64,000 bases of DNA from Camelus dromedarius (taxonomy: Eukaryota), in NCBI RefSeq assembly GCF_036321535.1, contig NC_087437.1, forward strand, positions 56,856,001 through 56,920,000, read 5' to 3'. How positions within the stretch are numbered: position 1 is the stretch's first letter; each line of letters starts with the position of its first letter. Positions 13,472 through 26,889 of this stretch are shown in pieces. A model generated the notes under the pieces. The model was not told the DNA's origin, searched no databases, and saw nothing but the letters and a program-made list of their open reading frames with translations. A program made the position numbers and the translations under genes.

Positions 13472-14239
13472 AGGATTGCAATTGTGAGTACAATTTGAAG
13501 AAGTGACAATCCATGCAGGCTTTGATTAACATCTCACAATGGGCCAATTGACCCATCTTGGTTCATAAGTCCCCCTTTTGATTTCTTAGCTTATGAATTC
13601 TCTATTTCAAACATTTCTGTAGTCAATCAGTATATTGATGCTAAATAATTTAAATGATATTTAAAAAAACAATATCTTAGATCTACTTCACCCTAATAAA
13701 AAGACTTAAGAATTCTCCCAGATTCCTATATAATTATTGAATATTAATACCCAAAAAAGATTGCAATTCTAATTAATAATAAATCACCTTCATAAATATA
13801 CATTCACGCATAACCATACTTCTATCATGAAGAAGACACATCCTAGTGACACATATCATTTTGTTGCCAATAACTACATTACTAGAATATCGTACCATGG
13901 AACATAGGAAAGAGAATGATGTAGAAGAAAGAGTATTCGCCATGGAATCAGGACACGTAATTCAAATCCTGGTTCTGACATTCATTATCTTGTTCCCATC
14001 AAGGCACCTTATTTCTTTGTAGCTTGTACATTTAAATGATAGCATAAAGGTTTTGTGAGGATTAAACTAGATGCTTGTACTAGTCCTAGGATGTATTGGA
14101 CACACAAGTGATAATACCTTATATTACAGTCCTGAAAATTCACTCTGTGCTGACCCCAAAACTTAGTGCTATACATACATTGTTTCATTTAGTCCTCGTG
14201 TTCCATAAAGTAAAAACTATTACTATTTCAGTATCATAA

Positions 14240-14465
14240 GAAGTAGTACATTATAAGGGTAAAAGTAGATCAGGCTTTGTGGGTCAAATTCCAGGTCATC
14301 TATCTGTCAGCTGTGGCAACTTGCTTAAATTTTGAAACTCCCTTTCATGAAATGAGGATAATAATAATTTTTACCACATTGCATTGTCCTGAGGACAAAT
14401 GAGTTCATATACATTAAACACTTAGAATAGTGCCTGACATGTATTAAGTACTCAATTATTATTAT
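14240..14465 (+). mobile_element. MIR SINE (other MIR remnants near 13120-13260, 13930-14100, 25690-26080, 27770-27900, 36580-36780, 62060-62150)
   Basis: MIR core ggtcaaattccagg...aaatgaggataataata...cacttagaatagtgcctgacatgtattaagtactcaat. Confidence 0.7.
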
Positions 14466-15535
14466 TCTTATTATACAAGTAAGTGGAAAGCTTAGATAAT
14501 TATCTCACAATGCCACATAGCTAGTAAGTGATACAGGTAGCATTCAACTCCAGAAGGCTTAAATCCTTAGCCTGTATTTTAAACAATATATGTAATCACA
14601 AATATTATATGTTTTAAACACTAAATATTTGTTGGGTGTAAAATCTAGGCAATGTATTTTCTCCCAGTAGGGCTTACAGAGGATGTAACCTTCCTCCCAG
14701 ACAGATAAGACAACCCGTAACTGCTTTAACAACTTCAGGCTACAGAGAGAAAACTCTGCTTTCTGGTTTTCTCAAGATAATCCTCAGACACTGACGATAC
14801 AGAGGCCCCAGAAGCGTTACATGAGCCTTGACCCTCTTTGAATTTAAATCATGCCATTTTTTTTCTCCTTATCAAATACTCTAAACCACAGTGAAAAGTC
14901 AGCATTTTGTGTCAGCTTTCTCATTCTCAGAGTGACTTAGTTAAAATAATTGTCTTTTTTTTCCTCTGTGGAGTCTTTGATCAATGAAGTGATGAAGTTA
15001 CTGAATGTCCATAAATATAGGAGGACTTACTGAACTTAGCCAATAACACTGCCTTTTGAATAGCACCATCTTCAAAACACTCCTTGAACTCCTTATATCT
15101 AGAGCTATACCAAGTATGGTCCCTCTTCAGGGTTGTTAAAGATCACCGCATTGTATCTGAGTAGGAACTAAGCGCTGTTAAAAATCAAATATCTCCTTGA
15201 CATCAGGGCCACCGTCCTGTAGTTTCTTTCTGTATTAATAACATCATGTCACTAAGTTAAAATAATTAATTTCAATTGGTTTCCACATGTATCCTTCCAC
15301 CTTTGCAACCCTAGTATTTATTACCATTTTAGTATTTCTGAATTCAACCAAAACAGGTTATGATTTTTAAAAAATCATACAAGAAACTCATTTTTCCTAT
15401 AAACTTTTATATGAAGTTTTAGAGAGTAAAAACTCCAGAAAGCTACTAAATTATGAAAAAGGAGCTCAATTAATGTTTCCTGAATCACTGTTGAGTGAAA
15501 TCCAAGTTAGGATATTATCTCCTTCACTTAACAGA

Positions 15536-15689
15536 TTTTTTTTTTTCTTTTGAAGTATAGTCAGTTACAATGTGTAAATTTCTGGTGTATAGCACAATGT
15601 CCCTGTCAGGCATATATATATACACGCATACTCATATTCATATTCTTTTTCATGAAAGGTTATTACAAGATAGTGAATGCAGTTCCCTA
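15536..15689 (-). mobile_element. Short L1 3' end in the OSTN 3'UTR intron
   Basis: Poly-T then tgaagtatagtcagttacaatgtg...ggttattacaagatagtgaatgcagttccc; flanked by taacagatttt / taacagacttt. Confidence 0.8.
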
Positions 15690-16984
15690 ACAGACTTTTA
15701 AAAGTATCATGACAGTCGCTGTCCTTACTATTAAAATCTCAAGCTAGTAATATCACAAAAGAATAGGCTTAGAAAAGAACTTCACGTCATGTGCTTTCTA
15801 ATTCCCTTTTGTCAGTCATTGTGGGCTCACTTGCTCAACTATTGTTTCTTTTCACTATTTCCTGCCACCATCACCAAGATTTCTCAGACACTTTCTGACT
15901 TCCTCATGTGAAATTTCATGTTTTATATTAAATAAATTATAAAGGCCATAAAAACATATTCTTAACTTCCTTTCAACTTTTCAAAATTCTTTTTTGGTAT
16001 ATTATTTCTTGTTATCACAATATTCCTTTGAATTAAACAGAGGCATAGTATGTCCATCATTTAATAGATAACTTGAGTCATTAAATAACTTTCACATAAT
16101 CATGCAGCTAAATCATTAGAGATTCAAGAATGTAAAGTCTCATTTAATCTAAATCTTTCTTTAAAAACAAAGTGAGGACACTGGGGCAATGAAAGAACAC
16201 TGATTTGTCCCCAATTTTGTGAACTCTCGGACAGAGCAAGATCTAGGACCCACGCTCTCTGGACTTCTAGGTCATCATTTTCTTCCTGACCATTCGTAAG
16301 GTCTAGGTGCTAAATTGTCATTGCTTGATGCTGACTTCACTGCTAATCGATTTCTAAAACAAACAGAAACAGTATCTCAGATTTTATGAAAATCTTTATT
16401 TCACTTCTGTAGGAGGTAATAAATACCCTTTTGGAGCAGTTTTATTTGTGGGTTTTCACCTTCTGGGTTTCACTATAAGTCTTCACACTGAAAGTGAAAC
16501 TGGCACTAATCATGGAAGTTTTTCTTGGTTTGAGGTCAAGTCTAGATGCAGCTGCTGTGTCTTACTTAGTTTCCGGAACAAATACTGATTTCTTTTCCCC
16601 ATAGGTATTTTGAGAAGAAAGATAATCTGATTTTAATACAGTGTCCTCCTCCAACCATTCATATATTGAGCCAAAGTTTTGAATTTTTAATAGGCTTCAG
16701 TTCTAAGATTGAAAACTCAAAATAAATAGAGGTACCTGAAGAAAGGAAGTGTGGGTTCAGCATCAGCACCTAGCTGTTACATTAAAAATACTCTTTTTTA
16801 ATGAATTTTGATCCAAAATTATCATATTGCATTATTGTCTCTACAATAAAAAAAACCACCTACATAAAAGCTACAATGAAACCTCATGTAATTAGTTTTA
16901 GCTCTTCTCTCCTGAAGTTGATGGATTTCCCCTTATTTACAGAGTTCTCAGTAGCTTTAACAATTTCAACTTTCATTTTTGCAG

Positions 16985-19650
16985 ACTCAACTTCCTTGGG
17001 TGAAATGTCACAGAAACAAGGAAGATGCTTCAGTGAAGGTCTTCGTACTCCTTATTGATTAAACTTTTAAGAAAACTTCTGTAATCCTTTCCAGAGCTTG
17101 AACTTCAGTTCATCATATCACAGTATTGTTATAGTTTCAATTAAATTATGCAGATAATTTCAGTGCATAGATATTTTAAAAATATATATTTTAATCATTC
17201 TTAAATGGTTGCTTGGCCCCAAAACTTAACTTTTCTAAGAAACAATCAAAAAACACAATATAGTGAAATGCTTTCTATATTCATTTACCATTTACATATA
17301 TGCAGTTGAAGAATAGTGGCTGAAGACTGATTTCCTTCTGTAAAATTTAGGCATAATCCATTTGTTTATTATTGGGAAACGAGGAAAGACAATGTTGGAT
17401 ATTCTCTCTTGAATACCTTCACTTCTCTCTTATCCTTTGTCTGTGAGCCTCTTGGGTAATGATTGTGAAATTAGGCTTCTCTTATATTCAAATTTCAATC
17501 AGGTTGAACCAAATGAAACACAGTCCCAGTTCCAGAAATAAGAGAAAACAGGTCTCTGAGCAAGACAAAAATAGCAGTAATGAAGCCCATAAACTTTATT
17601 CTGCAAATGAACTGAGAAACATTGCAGGTCAGAACACACAGACTTAGAATTAGGAAGTGAAGGATATTACTCACTTGCCAAGCTTGGCTATCTCGTGTCT
17701 TATAACAGCTTTCCATTTCTCTAAATTATAACTTATAGTTAATTATGAGCAGCAATGGCTGATTGTGAGGAGAACAACTACACACAGAAGTAACAGATGA
17801 AAGTGTAGAGGAAGTCAAAGAATCACCAAATGGGAAACCACCAGAGCAGCTGGGGCCAGTTAGGTTCACCCAACTGTAGCACCGTATGTTTTAGCGCATT
17901 GCAATAAGCAGTCTTTTTGATGTTAACCACTCAGCCAAGAATCCATTTAATCTGTTTCATATACTGTGTTTAATAAAGCAGTGAAGAATATAATATATTT
18001 AAGAATGATTTCTTTAAAATGATTCAAATTATTTTCAATTGGCCTATCAAAGCATAAGGTTTGATATTCTGGAAAGCTCCGTTCTTGGTAAAAGCTGTGC
18101 TGTTGTAATTTAGGTGTGTGTTGGATGTGCTTTCAAAACATAAAGACAACTTATTCCTTGGACCAGAGATTTAGCAGAAGTTAGCAGAAGTTTAAAAATC
18201 CTTTGGAAATACTTCTTTAAACCCCAGTAATCACTGTCAAATGGACCTGATATTTTGGAAGGAAGAAGTTTGGCCAGTAGGTTTACTTTAGCCTAAAAGG
18301 TAAGAGTGTTAATGAGAGGTTATATTCATACTAGAAGAAGAGGAGAGAAGTGGGTAGCTGTTGACCTTAATTAAAAATGAATTCATATAAGATCCAAAGA
18401 ATAAATTAACTCACACATAGAAATGAAGATGTATACTTAGAATACAGAGAGGTTTTGTGACATAACTTCTTCACTTGGGGGAAGTTGCTGCTGAAAATCT
18501 TTAAATTTAAGTTTAGGAAGAAACAGAAAGTGAATAATTAAGAGGCCACAGCAAAGAGAAATGAATTTTGAGAAAGCTAGCCGAGTCTGTTTTTCATAAA
18601 CTTGCATTCGAAAGTTAGCAGTGGCACATAGACAAATATTCTGCAGGGCCCACTATTTGGAAGAATTATTTAAGTTATCATTTTCTCGTCCAGCTTTCCA
18701 AACTTTCTGATGAATTATAGAAATATGTCCTCTTTTTTGGAAGCTCTTCCTTTCCTTTCTCTCCCCTTTGGATATTTCTCAGCTGCTAATCCAACTGGAT
18801 GCTGCTGCTTCGTGCTTTGACAAGAGGTATTAAAACCGACTTTAGCTTCACAAGTTCTCATGGTAGAGATTTAAAGTTAAATGAAACAAATTGATTTCCC
18901 ATCTTCTTTACGTTCTTAAATTCAAAACTACACCTATGGCATCCAGTGTAATTAAAGAACTCACAATATATTCATGTATACTCTATTCTAATGTGTAATG
19001 CATTTGTCTCATCACATCGAAACAAGACTTCCATGAAGAAAAGAAGAAAAGTGGTTTCTCCACCTACAACTATTTTATTTCACATTGTAACTTTTACCAC
19101 TACTTTATACAGAGCAGAAAATAAGTCAGTGGTATGCTAGTTTAAAATAGGGCATTCTTTTAATGTAGCAGTAAATTAAGGCATAATTTCTGTTAAGAAC
19201 ATGATGAGTCATGTCATCTATTTGTCCGATGTACATTGCTAAATCCAGCTATACTTTATTGAGAAGTCAGCAGCTTGAAGGGACTTTTCATTTAGTTTCA
19301 AAGAAATATATCACCTTTTATTTCTCTTTGTTCCTGTGTGAAGCTTCTGTGGGCAAACTGTGAATATAGATATCTGAGTTCTGGCATTAATTATATAACC
19401 AGTTTTTTAACAGGGGATGTTAATTCCTGGCTATACACACAAAAAATATCTAGCAATTTTTACATTTCATTGACAGATATCCTTAGGGAATTAAACTTTT
19501 TAAAGCAAATTGTTAAAAGATAACTGAATGGGTTCTTCTAAAAGTAGAAGTATCAAACGCTTCTTTGAATGGCATTACCCCTAAAGTTTAAAAATGCTTG
19601 AATGTTGTTCAACCTCTCCAAAGTTAATAAACATGAGATGATGAAAGCAG
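16985..19650 (+). other. OSTN: Probable OSTN terminal non-coding exon (3'UTR)
   Basis: Polypyrimidine acceptor ttcaactttcatttttgcag| ends at 16984. The following caacttccttgggtgaaatgtcacag...gaagatgcttca resembles the OSTN 3'UTR as I recall it. No obvious TEs in the interval. The 3' end is inferred from AATAAA at 19626-19631; an alternative AATAAA lies at 17972-17977. Confidence 0.7.
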
Positions 19651-19690
19651 GGGTTTTGTCTTTCTTTATCATAATATGTTTGTGTTCACA
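19626..19690 (+). terminator. OSTN: Candidate OSTN polyadenylation signal with downstream GU/U-rich element
   Basis: AATAAA at 19626-19631, followed about 20 nt later by gggttttgtctttcttt...tgtttgtgtt. Confidence 0.5.
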
Positions 19691-20859
19691 ACAGATGTAA
19701 ATACACGGGAATATTCAGGCGTTACTGAGAGACTAATATTTACGTACACTTAAGCAGCTCCTAATAAGTATATTTAAATCACTACAGGCATACTACTCAA
19801 CTTGGTCTGTTTTATATATTTTTAATACTTTTTTTTTAGTTTAAGCAATATTGTCCATTCTGTCTCATGAGATAGTTTTATCTTTAAGCACTACACAACT
19901 AACATCAAGGAGATAAACTGTTTTCCCCATACTGCAACGGAAGGGAATACCTGCAGACTCATCTGGCCAGCTTTTCTAATCATGGACATTCTTTCATTAT
20001 AAAGTTACTTCAACAATGTTTCTGTGGCAGCACAGGTAGCAAACAAAAGTGAATTTGGATTCCCAGCCTTGAATTGACTGAATAAAGCTTGTTCAGATGT
20101 AAGCAAGGGTGGTTTGATGCATAGATGTGGAAAAAAAATAAAGAATCAAGGAAAATCCAATAAGTTTTTGTTTTGTTTTGTTTGATGTGTTTTAGCACAC
20201 TGAATCTAGTCTATCAAAGACCTGCTGAGAGTCTCAAACAATTTTTGATGTCGTGGAAGAGGCAGAGATGAGAATTAAGGAACCCAAAGGCAAATTGTTC
20301 TGTAAGAAAGTTTTTCTATTCTGAGACATCTAATACTACTTTCTCCTAGAGTCCAATAAACAATATATTTTCTGCTCCCTAGTAATGTATTCATTTGGTT
20401 GTTGTCATCTCAGTGACAGTTGTCCTAATTAACAGAAAAGAGATAGTAGCCAGCATAATCATAAAAAAGAAAGGATAATGATGCATATTTGCCACGTAAA
20501 TTGAGACGACAGAATTTAATTTTCCAAAATGCTTTTTAAAATATTTTAATTGGTAACCCAACAGCCTTGTCATCACCAGACAAAACTATATGTAGACAAT
20601 AAATTAATGAAAAGCATACAATAGATACAGAGCTCTCAACATTAACTCTACAAAGCCATTCTGATAGTCCCACGCCATTCAAAAGTGCAACTGATTTGTC
20701 ATTATTATTCACAGCATAAACTTTAAGCATATACTATGCAGGAGAAATTCTGCCACAGTTTCTTCATGCTTGAAATAGCTATAATCTTTAAGTAGTAGAG
20801 TGAATAGATATACATCTTTCTCTAATGTTCCTGTCTTTTTTGCATCCAGAGAAAAAATT

Positions 20860-20885
20860 TTAGACACAGTATTTCCAAAAGCAAG
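20860..20885 (-). CDS. UTS2B: UTS2B last coding exon: (A)CFWKYCV*, mature urotensin II-related peptide (URP)
   Basis: Acceptor tttctttttag|CT TGC TTT TGG AAA TAC TGT GTC TAA. The five exons sum to 103+99+38+94+26 = 360 nt = 119 aa + stop. Confidence 0.97.
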
Positions 20886-21019
20886 CTAAAAAAGAAATAA
20901 AACAAATTCTTTATTAGAAATATATTTGATAAAACATTACATTTGAATAAAATAGTTTATGTATGCCTAAGTACAAGAGAGAGAGTTTTCTAAAACACGT
21001 TCAATATGAGAGTTATCCA

Positions 21020-21196
21020 CTTCATGTGGATTTTTAAATTCATTAAAATTAAATAAAAATTGAAAATCCAGCCTTTCCATCATACTAGCCAGCTTTCGAG
21101 GGCTCAGTACTGACTAGTAGCCAATGACTACCATAACGGACAGTGCAGTTTAGAGAATGGTCACATCATTAGAGAAAGTTCTGTTGGACAGCACTA
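21020..21196. mobile_element. MER3/MER33-like hAT element in the last UTS2B intron
   Basis: ttaaaattaaataaaaattgaaaatccag...catcattagagaaagttctgttggacagcacta. Confidence 0.6.
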
Positions 21197-21699
21197 TTCT
21201 GCATTACAGCTCAGAGAATACAGCACCTTATTAGGTGCGCCGCTCTACTTTATAGTTGGGGTAACCAAAGTCCCAAAGAGGGTGTCACATAAGCAAAATC
21301 AGTGATAAATACGTTTTTATGTATTGGAGAAAAAAAGAAGGAAGGAATTTAAAGTTCACTTGCAAACCACCAAGTGATAGTAATGTAATCTGATTGTCAC
21401 ATTGAGTCTTCAAATTCTGATCATAAAGTGATGCTTCAGAAAAATCAAACCAATTCTAATAGATTTTAATCTTCAAATGCATGAATGAGTCATTTTAAAT
21501 CTTCTGTAGCTTGTTCCCAATCAATTGTCTGAATTTCAGTAGCTTCATCCAATTAATTACAAAATTCTCTAATTTTCTCCAATCTAAATGGTTTATAAAA
21601 TTAAGACCTTGGGGATATGGGTCTTCAATTCACTGCTGATCAATGAGATGCACAATAAAAATGAAGTGAAAAACTCATAGTACAGTTAAGACCTTCTTT

Positions 21700-21752
21700 G
21701 ATATAAATGATAAATGATAAATGATAGACTTTATAGATAGATAGATAGATAT
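21700..21752. repeat. (GATAAAT)n / (GATA)n microsatellite
   Basis: aaatgataaatgataaatgatagactttatagatagatagatagatat. Confidence 0.85.
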
Positions 21753-23209
21753 ATGGCTTCCTGCCCAAGCTTCTAACTCTACTCAGTCTGCAAACTGTGA
21801 CCCTAGTGCTTATCACCACATATACACACAGTGTTAGGACAGCACTCAGAGTCTACTTTTCATTTCTAAAAGAGACAGAGGTTTCTTTAAACAAAACCAC
21901 ATTCAAATCCTATGAAAGCAGAAGTTTATTTTCAAACATTAAGAGCTTGGCCCTCTAATCCAGTCTTCTTTTTTTTTAGTATATTTTGGAAAGTCCCTTT
22001 CTATCCATTTGGATATCTTTGAGTATCTCAATCTGAAGGAAAATATAAATTTACACAAATCCAAGGTTTACACCACAAAAGCAGCTCGATTAAGTATGCA
22101 CGAAAATATAGTTCAGAAAATTTTCTGGACCGGCTGAGTGGAACTGTCATGAACGGTATCACCAATAGGGCCAACTCCTCAAGGCTTATCTACCGTTTTT
22201 CATTTATGTGAGGGAAAACCCTAACCAGCATTCTGTTGTCCCAGGATGTCTATCTGATTCACTCTTGTAATCCCTGTTTTTAGCATGATGCTAGGTATCA
22301 GACAGCTAAATTTTTAAAGGATGGAAGAATTTATCAGGTGCCTATCAACTATACATTAAATGATTAAGCAAGTTATAATATTTCACAGCACGTGTAAGAC
22401 ACTATTGCCTTATGCTGAGTCTCTGGGTCCTTTGCACCTTCATACATTGTTATTCATGGTAGATTGCTTCTAGTTATATCAATAAAAACCCCACCTCAGA
22501 TATGATGTGGCTAGTTTTCATGGCCTAATCTAGGCATCTAATTCATGTTTATCACCATAAATACTTTGTTCCTACTACATACATATATGTTTTAATATAT
22601 CCTTGCTTAAAAACAAACACAAATCTTCCTTGACTCCCTCAAGCTACTCTAGCTAATATCCCAATTGTTACTACCCTTTAACACAAAATTCCTCAAAAGA
22701 GTTGTCTGTTGTTAGTCATTCCTGTTGTTTTATCATGTTCCCTTTAACCAAAAGTCTATCAAATAATTTGTATCAAGGCCATCAAAACCCTTTCTATTGC
22801 TGTTCAGATGAAAAGTCTCTGTTCTGATCTTATTGGACCTATCACAGCTTCAGGAACAGCTGAACTGTCTTCCTGGAAACCGATTTTTAATATGATTTCT
22901 GAAGCACTTTTTTCTTTGTCATCTTTTTCCTTGGTAGCTGGTCCACTCAAACTCCTTTGCTGATTCTGTCTCATCTGCCCAATCTCTACCCTTGGAGTGA
23001 CCTGGAACTTGGCCTTGGATGTCTTCTGTTTTATATCTAGAGTGATTCCCTAGATACTGTCATCACGATACCAAGGAACACTGATATGGAGATAACTGTC
23101 AAATTTAGGCCTCCAGTCTGGACTACTTCCCTAAACTCCAAATCTATATATTCAATGGTTTACTCAAATCACAACTGGGAAGGTTTTGCTGTACCTGACA
23201 TAACAAGTT

Positions 23210-25120
23210 CAAAATATCTGTGGTTGAGGTAGGACTCTCCAGTGGTTCCTTGTGTTCCTCAACGTTTCCCAGGTGCTTCCCCAAAAGTCACATTGAGATT
23301 ATGTGCCTAATTTTGGCAGTTGTGTATATTTACCTCCATGCCTCTCCTATCCTGCTACAAGGACACAGGGTGCAGACACACAGTGAAGGAAAATAATCAA
23401 GTACATAGGCTTCATGTAAACACAAAATAAATCACAAAGCAACCTACATCACTGAGATTGGAAGGTTGTTTTGTTAATGTAGTTTACCTAATTAATCCCA
23501 AAATTCACATTGGTAACTTGAAGCAGGGTGTTACTCTAAGAAGAACCTAAGTTATGACCCAGTCTCAGCAACTGGTTAATGGCAGACAAGGAAATTGGTA
23601 TCACAGGCTGGAAAAACAAGAGCCATTTTATGAAGCAGCAAAGTAGGTGGTAAACTGACATCTGCAACAGTTCAGATTCAGACTGTGTTCCTCTTGAACT
23701 TCTAGAAGGAGAAGTGAGAGAATAGAATATTGGACATATTTTTAGGTTGCTCTTAAATACTTTCAGCAATGCATTGCAATAAATCAATGAACTTAGGAAG
23801 AAAGTAGTGTCTTTGCAAACAAATAAAAAGGGAATATACTTCAGAAATACAAAATCTTGAAATATTGAGAGAGCTGTTTCTAGATCCCAAAACTATAAAA
23901 TGGGATTTAAAATGACTCTCAGTGACAGAGGCCAGGTAAATACCAAGAATAAGGAACTCAGGGCAAAATCAGATTGTGCGTAGTTTTCAAGATGCATTCC
24001 AGACATCTTCAAGGCAACTAAGATGGGAGTGAGAATGCAAAATAGTTAAACTTGGTTTGTTTTTTTTTTTTTTTTAAAAAAGCATGTTTAGCAAATACTT
24101 GAGAAGCTTACTAAATTTTTACAAGAGCATCATTGCCAAAGAAACCATAAACCCTGGAATAAAAGACGTCTGACAATTTAAGACAAAATAAATGTTGGGC
24201 CTCCAACTTTGAGGGAGTGAAGAGGAGATCTGAGAAAACTGCACAATCCTCCAGAAGGGAATATTCCTCAAGAATCACATAAGATGTATCCAGGGATGAA
24301 ATCGAAAAGGCCAAAAAAGCAAAAACCTCAGACAGGGTGGAGCCAGGGGAAACAGTACAATGGGCAGAGGACTCCTCTTACACACTAGTAGGTTCTAATC
24401 AAGAAACCTTTCTCCATCTCCTGGGTAGGAGACATTTATGGTATTTCCCCAGTGGGATTTCAGAATGGCTGGAGGTCAGCATTCATGGCTCTTGTTATTG
24501 TCCTTTATGAATGAGATTTTGGAGAAACAAATTAATGATTGTGGTTAGCCTGCCCTTATTCCTTGGCCAATTATTGAATTTGTCCTTCTAGTTAACAAGT
24601 CTGTGAATGAAGAGGAGCCACATTGTGCTTGGTAAAGATTAGTAAGTGTCTCATGGAGAGCCTGTTCTTTGTTCTGGGTGCAGCAATGAAGGGAGTCTGG
24701 GGTTGTCTCTAATGGGAATCATCGGTTGAGTACAGCCTATGCGGTTAAGAAACGATCAAAGGATTGGCTGTGGTTGAAGCAGTACTCCTCAAGTACTTAA
24801 GTACTTTCCAACGTTTATTAGCCTGTCTGGCTAATATATTGGTGGCAGCCCAAGATATTAATTGCAGGCAACAGACTTCAGTATAAGTGATGCGTGTCAC
24901 CATATGGAGTCCTGAACTGAGGCAATTGCAAGCTAGGAGGCATCTCTACCCCTCTCCTGGGTCTTGGTCACCTTGGAGGCAGTCAAGCTATAGCAACAAT
25001 CTAGATAATAGAGCCACAAAATAGAAGAGGGTTGTACTAGATGCACTGCACTTTATGTTTGGGTTTTATTATACTAGGCCTCTGAGATTTGAATTAAAAT
25101 TGGTAACACATCACAGCCTA
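23210..25120. mobile_element. Decayed MaLR-type LTR/internal sequence flanked by L2 remnants (~22400-23200 and ~25140-25680)
   Basis: MLT-internal-like stretches (ggctggaaaaacaagagccattttatgaagcagcaaag); pyrimidine-rich L2-like flanks. Boundaries are approximate. Confidence 0.45.
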
Positions 25121-26795
25121 CACAATACTAACTATGGAAAGGTTGAACAAGTCTCTGCTTCAGCTCTTTCCCACCACCAAACTCTTCCACCATGACCTTT
25201 CTTCTCCATCTTTCTGTGGCTCAATAAACAGATACTGCCCTTTTTTGCCTGGCTGCTGTGGAAAAAAACTTGGGGTTATTTTTGACACCTTTCTCTTTTT
25301 CCCTTTTATTTTTTTTAACAGCCCACGTATAACCCTACAACAAATTTTGTTGTCTTTTGTTCAAAATATATCCAGAATCAGATCCCTTTTTTAACAATTC
25401 ACTACTGCCGCTCTAATTCAAGCTACCACCATTTATTATCTGGACCATTAAATTAGCCTCATTAACAGTCTCTCTGCTTTCATCGTTGCCCCTCTCTTAA
25501 AGTATATTTGCCACAAAGCGTGGTTCTGTTAAAATTCATTTTATATTTCTTATTTGCTCAAAGCTTTCTGATGATTTCCCATAAGATAGCTAGTAAGAGT
25601 GAAAGTCCTTAAAAAGGCTGCAGGTTCTCTCCCTTCCACCTTCCAATTCATTGTCTACCAATCTCTCCTTTGGGCTCACTACTGAAGTCCCTTAGCAGCT
25701 GGGTTATTTTCAGCATACAATTTAACCCCTCTGAGAAGTAATTTTCTCATCTATAAAAGAGGCATAGTAATAGCTATCTTATGGTGTTTCTGATGAGAGT
25801 AAAATAATAATTATTGGAATAATAACCAAAACAATTACAAAAAAAAAAGTTAGGTTTACATAATACTTGCTATATGCCAGACATGATTCTGAATGCCTTT
25901 AACATAAAATACCCCCCAGCAATCTCACAAAGATAATTATTATTATTTGCACTGGGGGGCAAAGAAAATGAGGCACAGGAAGTCAGATAATTGTCCGAGT
26001 TCCCACAGGTAGGACGGGTCAGTGTTAGGATTTAAACCCAGGCAGTCCAGCCATAGCGTCTACGTGTGTGACCGTGACATTTCAAGATACTAAAATATAA
26101 AAAGTCAGGTATATGCTAAGTGTCTAAATAATGCCAGTTCATTCTCTTCCATTATAAAGATTGGTTTTTACAGAAGTGAAAGACAAATCTGGGAGGAAGG
26201 GGACAAGCAAGTAAGAGTGAATTAGAAGTACCTTAGGGAATCTCATATCACCACAGGAATGGAGAAACATACATACCTTTTTTTTTCAACTGTAAGAACT
26301 AATTCGGCAAGAAACAAGAATTTTCCAGGAAATGTTATAAAAAGTTAGAGGAATCCAAAAGACGAATCTTTCTAAAATTAAATATTATAAATCAAAATTT
26401 GGATTAAGTGTTATTGTAATGAGGGTACTCCTTACTTCAATGAAGATGCTCTGAAATTCTGAATTGACTTAAACCTTGGTTATTTCTATTTGTGATCCTC
26501 TCAGCCCCAGCGTTTAAACAAAATAGCAAGAGTAAGACATAGTTTTAAAATAATAAGGGCCTACCTTACTTAACTCTGGAAGGTATGACCTTGCTACCCA
26601 GTGTTGTCAAATTCACGGAACTCAGATACATTCAAGTGAGAACATTTTCATTGGAATCTTCTTAAAAAATATGAGCCTTGATCTTGATCATCACCATAGG
26701 ATTAAGAAATGTCAACTTAATCTCTTCCTTTTCAGAAATAATTGCAAAAGTAATATTTTAGAAGTCAATTTTAAATCTTTGAAGTGAAAGTTTAC

Positions 26796-26889
26796 CTCGT
26801 TTATTAGGATGGGAAGAAGACAGATCATCTATAGCATAGGATAGCTCGTTATCTTTTACTTCCATGAGCTGCTGTTTTAGCTTTTCCAG
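26796..26889 (-). CDS. UTS2B: UTS2B coding exon 4: LEKLKQQLMEVKDNELSYAIDDLSSSHPNKR(A)
   Basis: Acceptor tttttaacag|, donor G|gtaaac, 94 nt; ends in the dibasic KR convertase site. Confidence 0.95.

Noticed and set aside
18171..18192. 10-bp tandem duplication ttagcagaag x2 (similar at 58322-58345)
   Set aside because: An ordinary slippage micro-duplication with no evident function.
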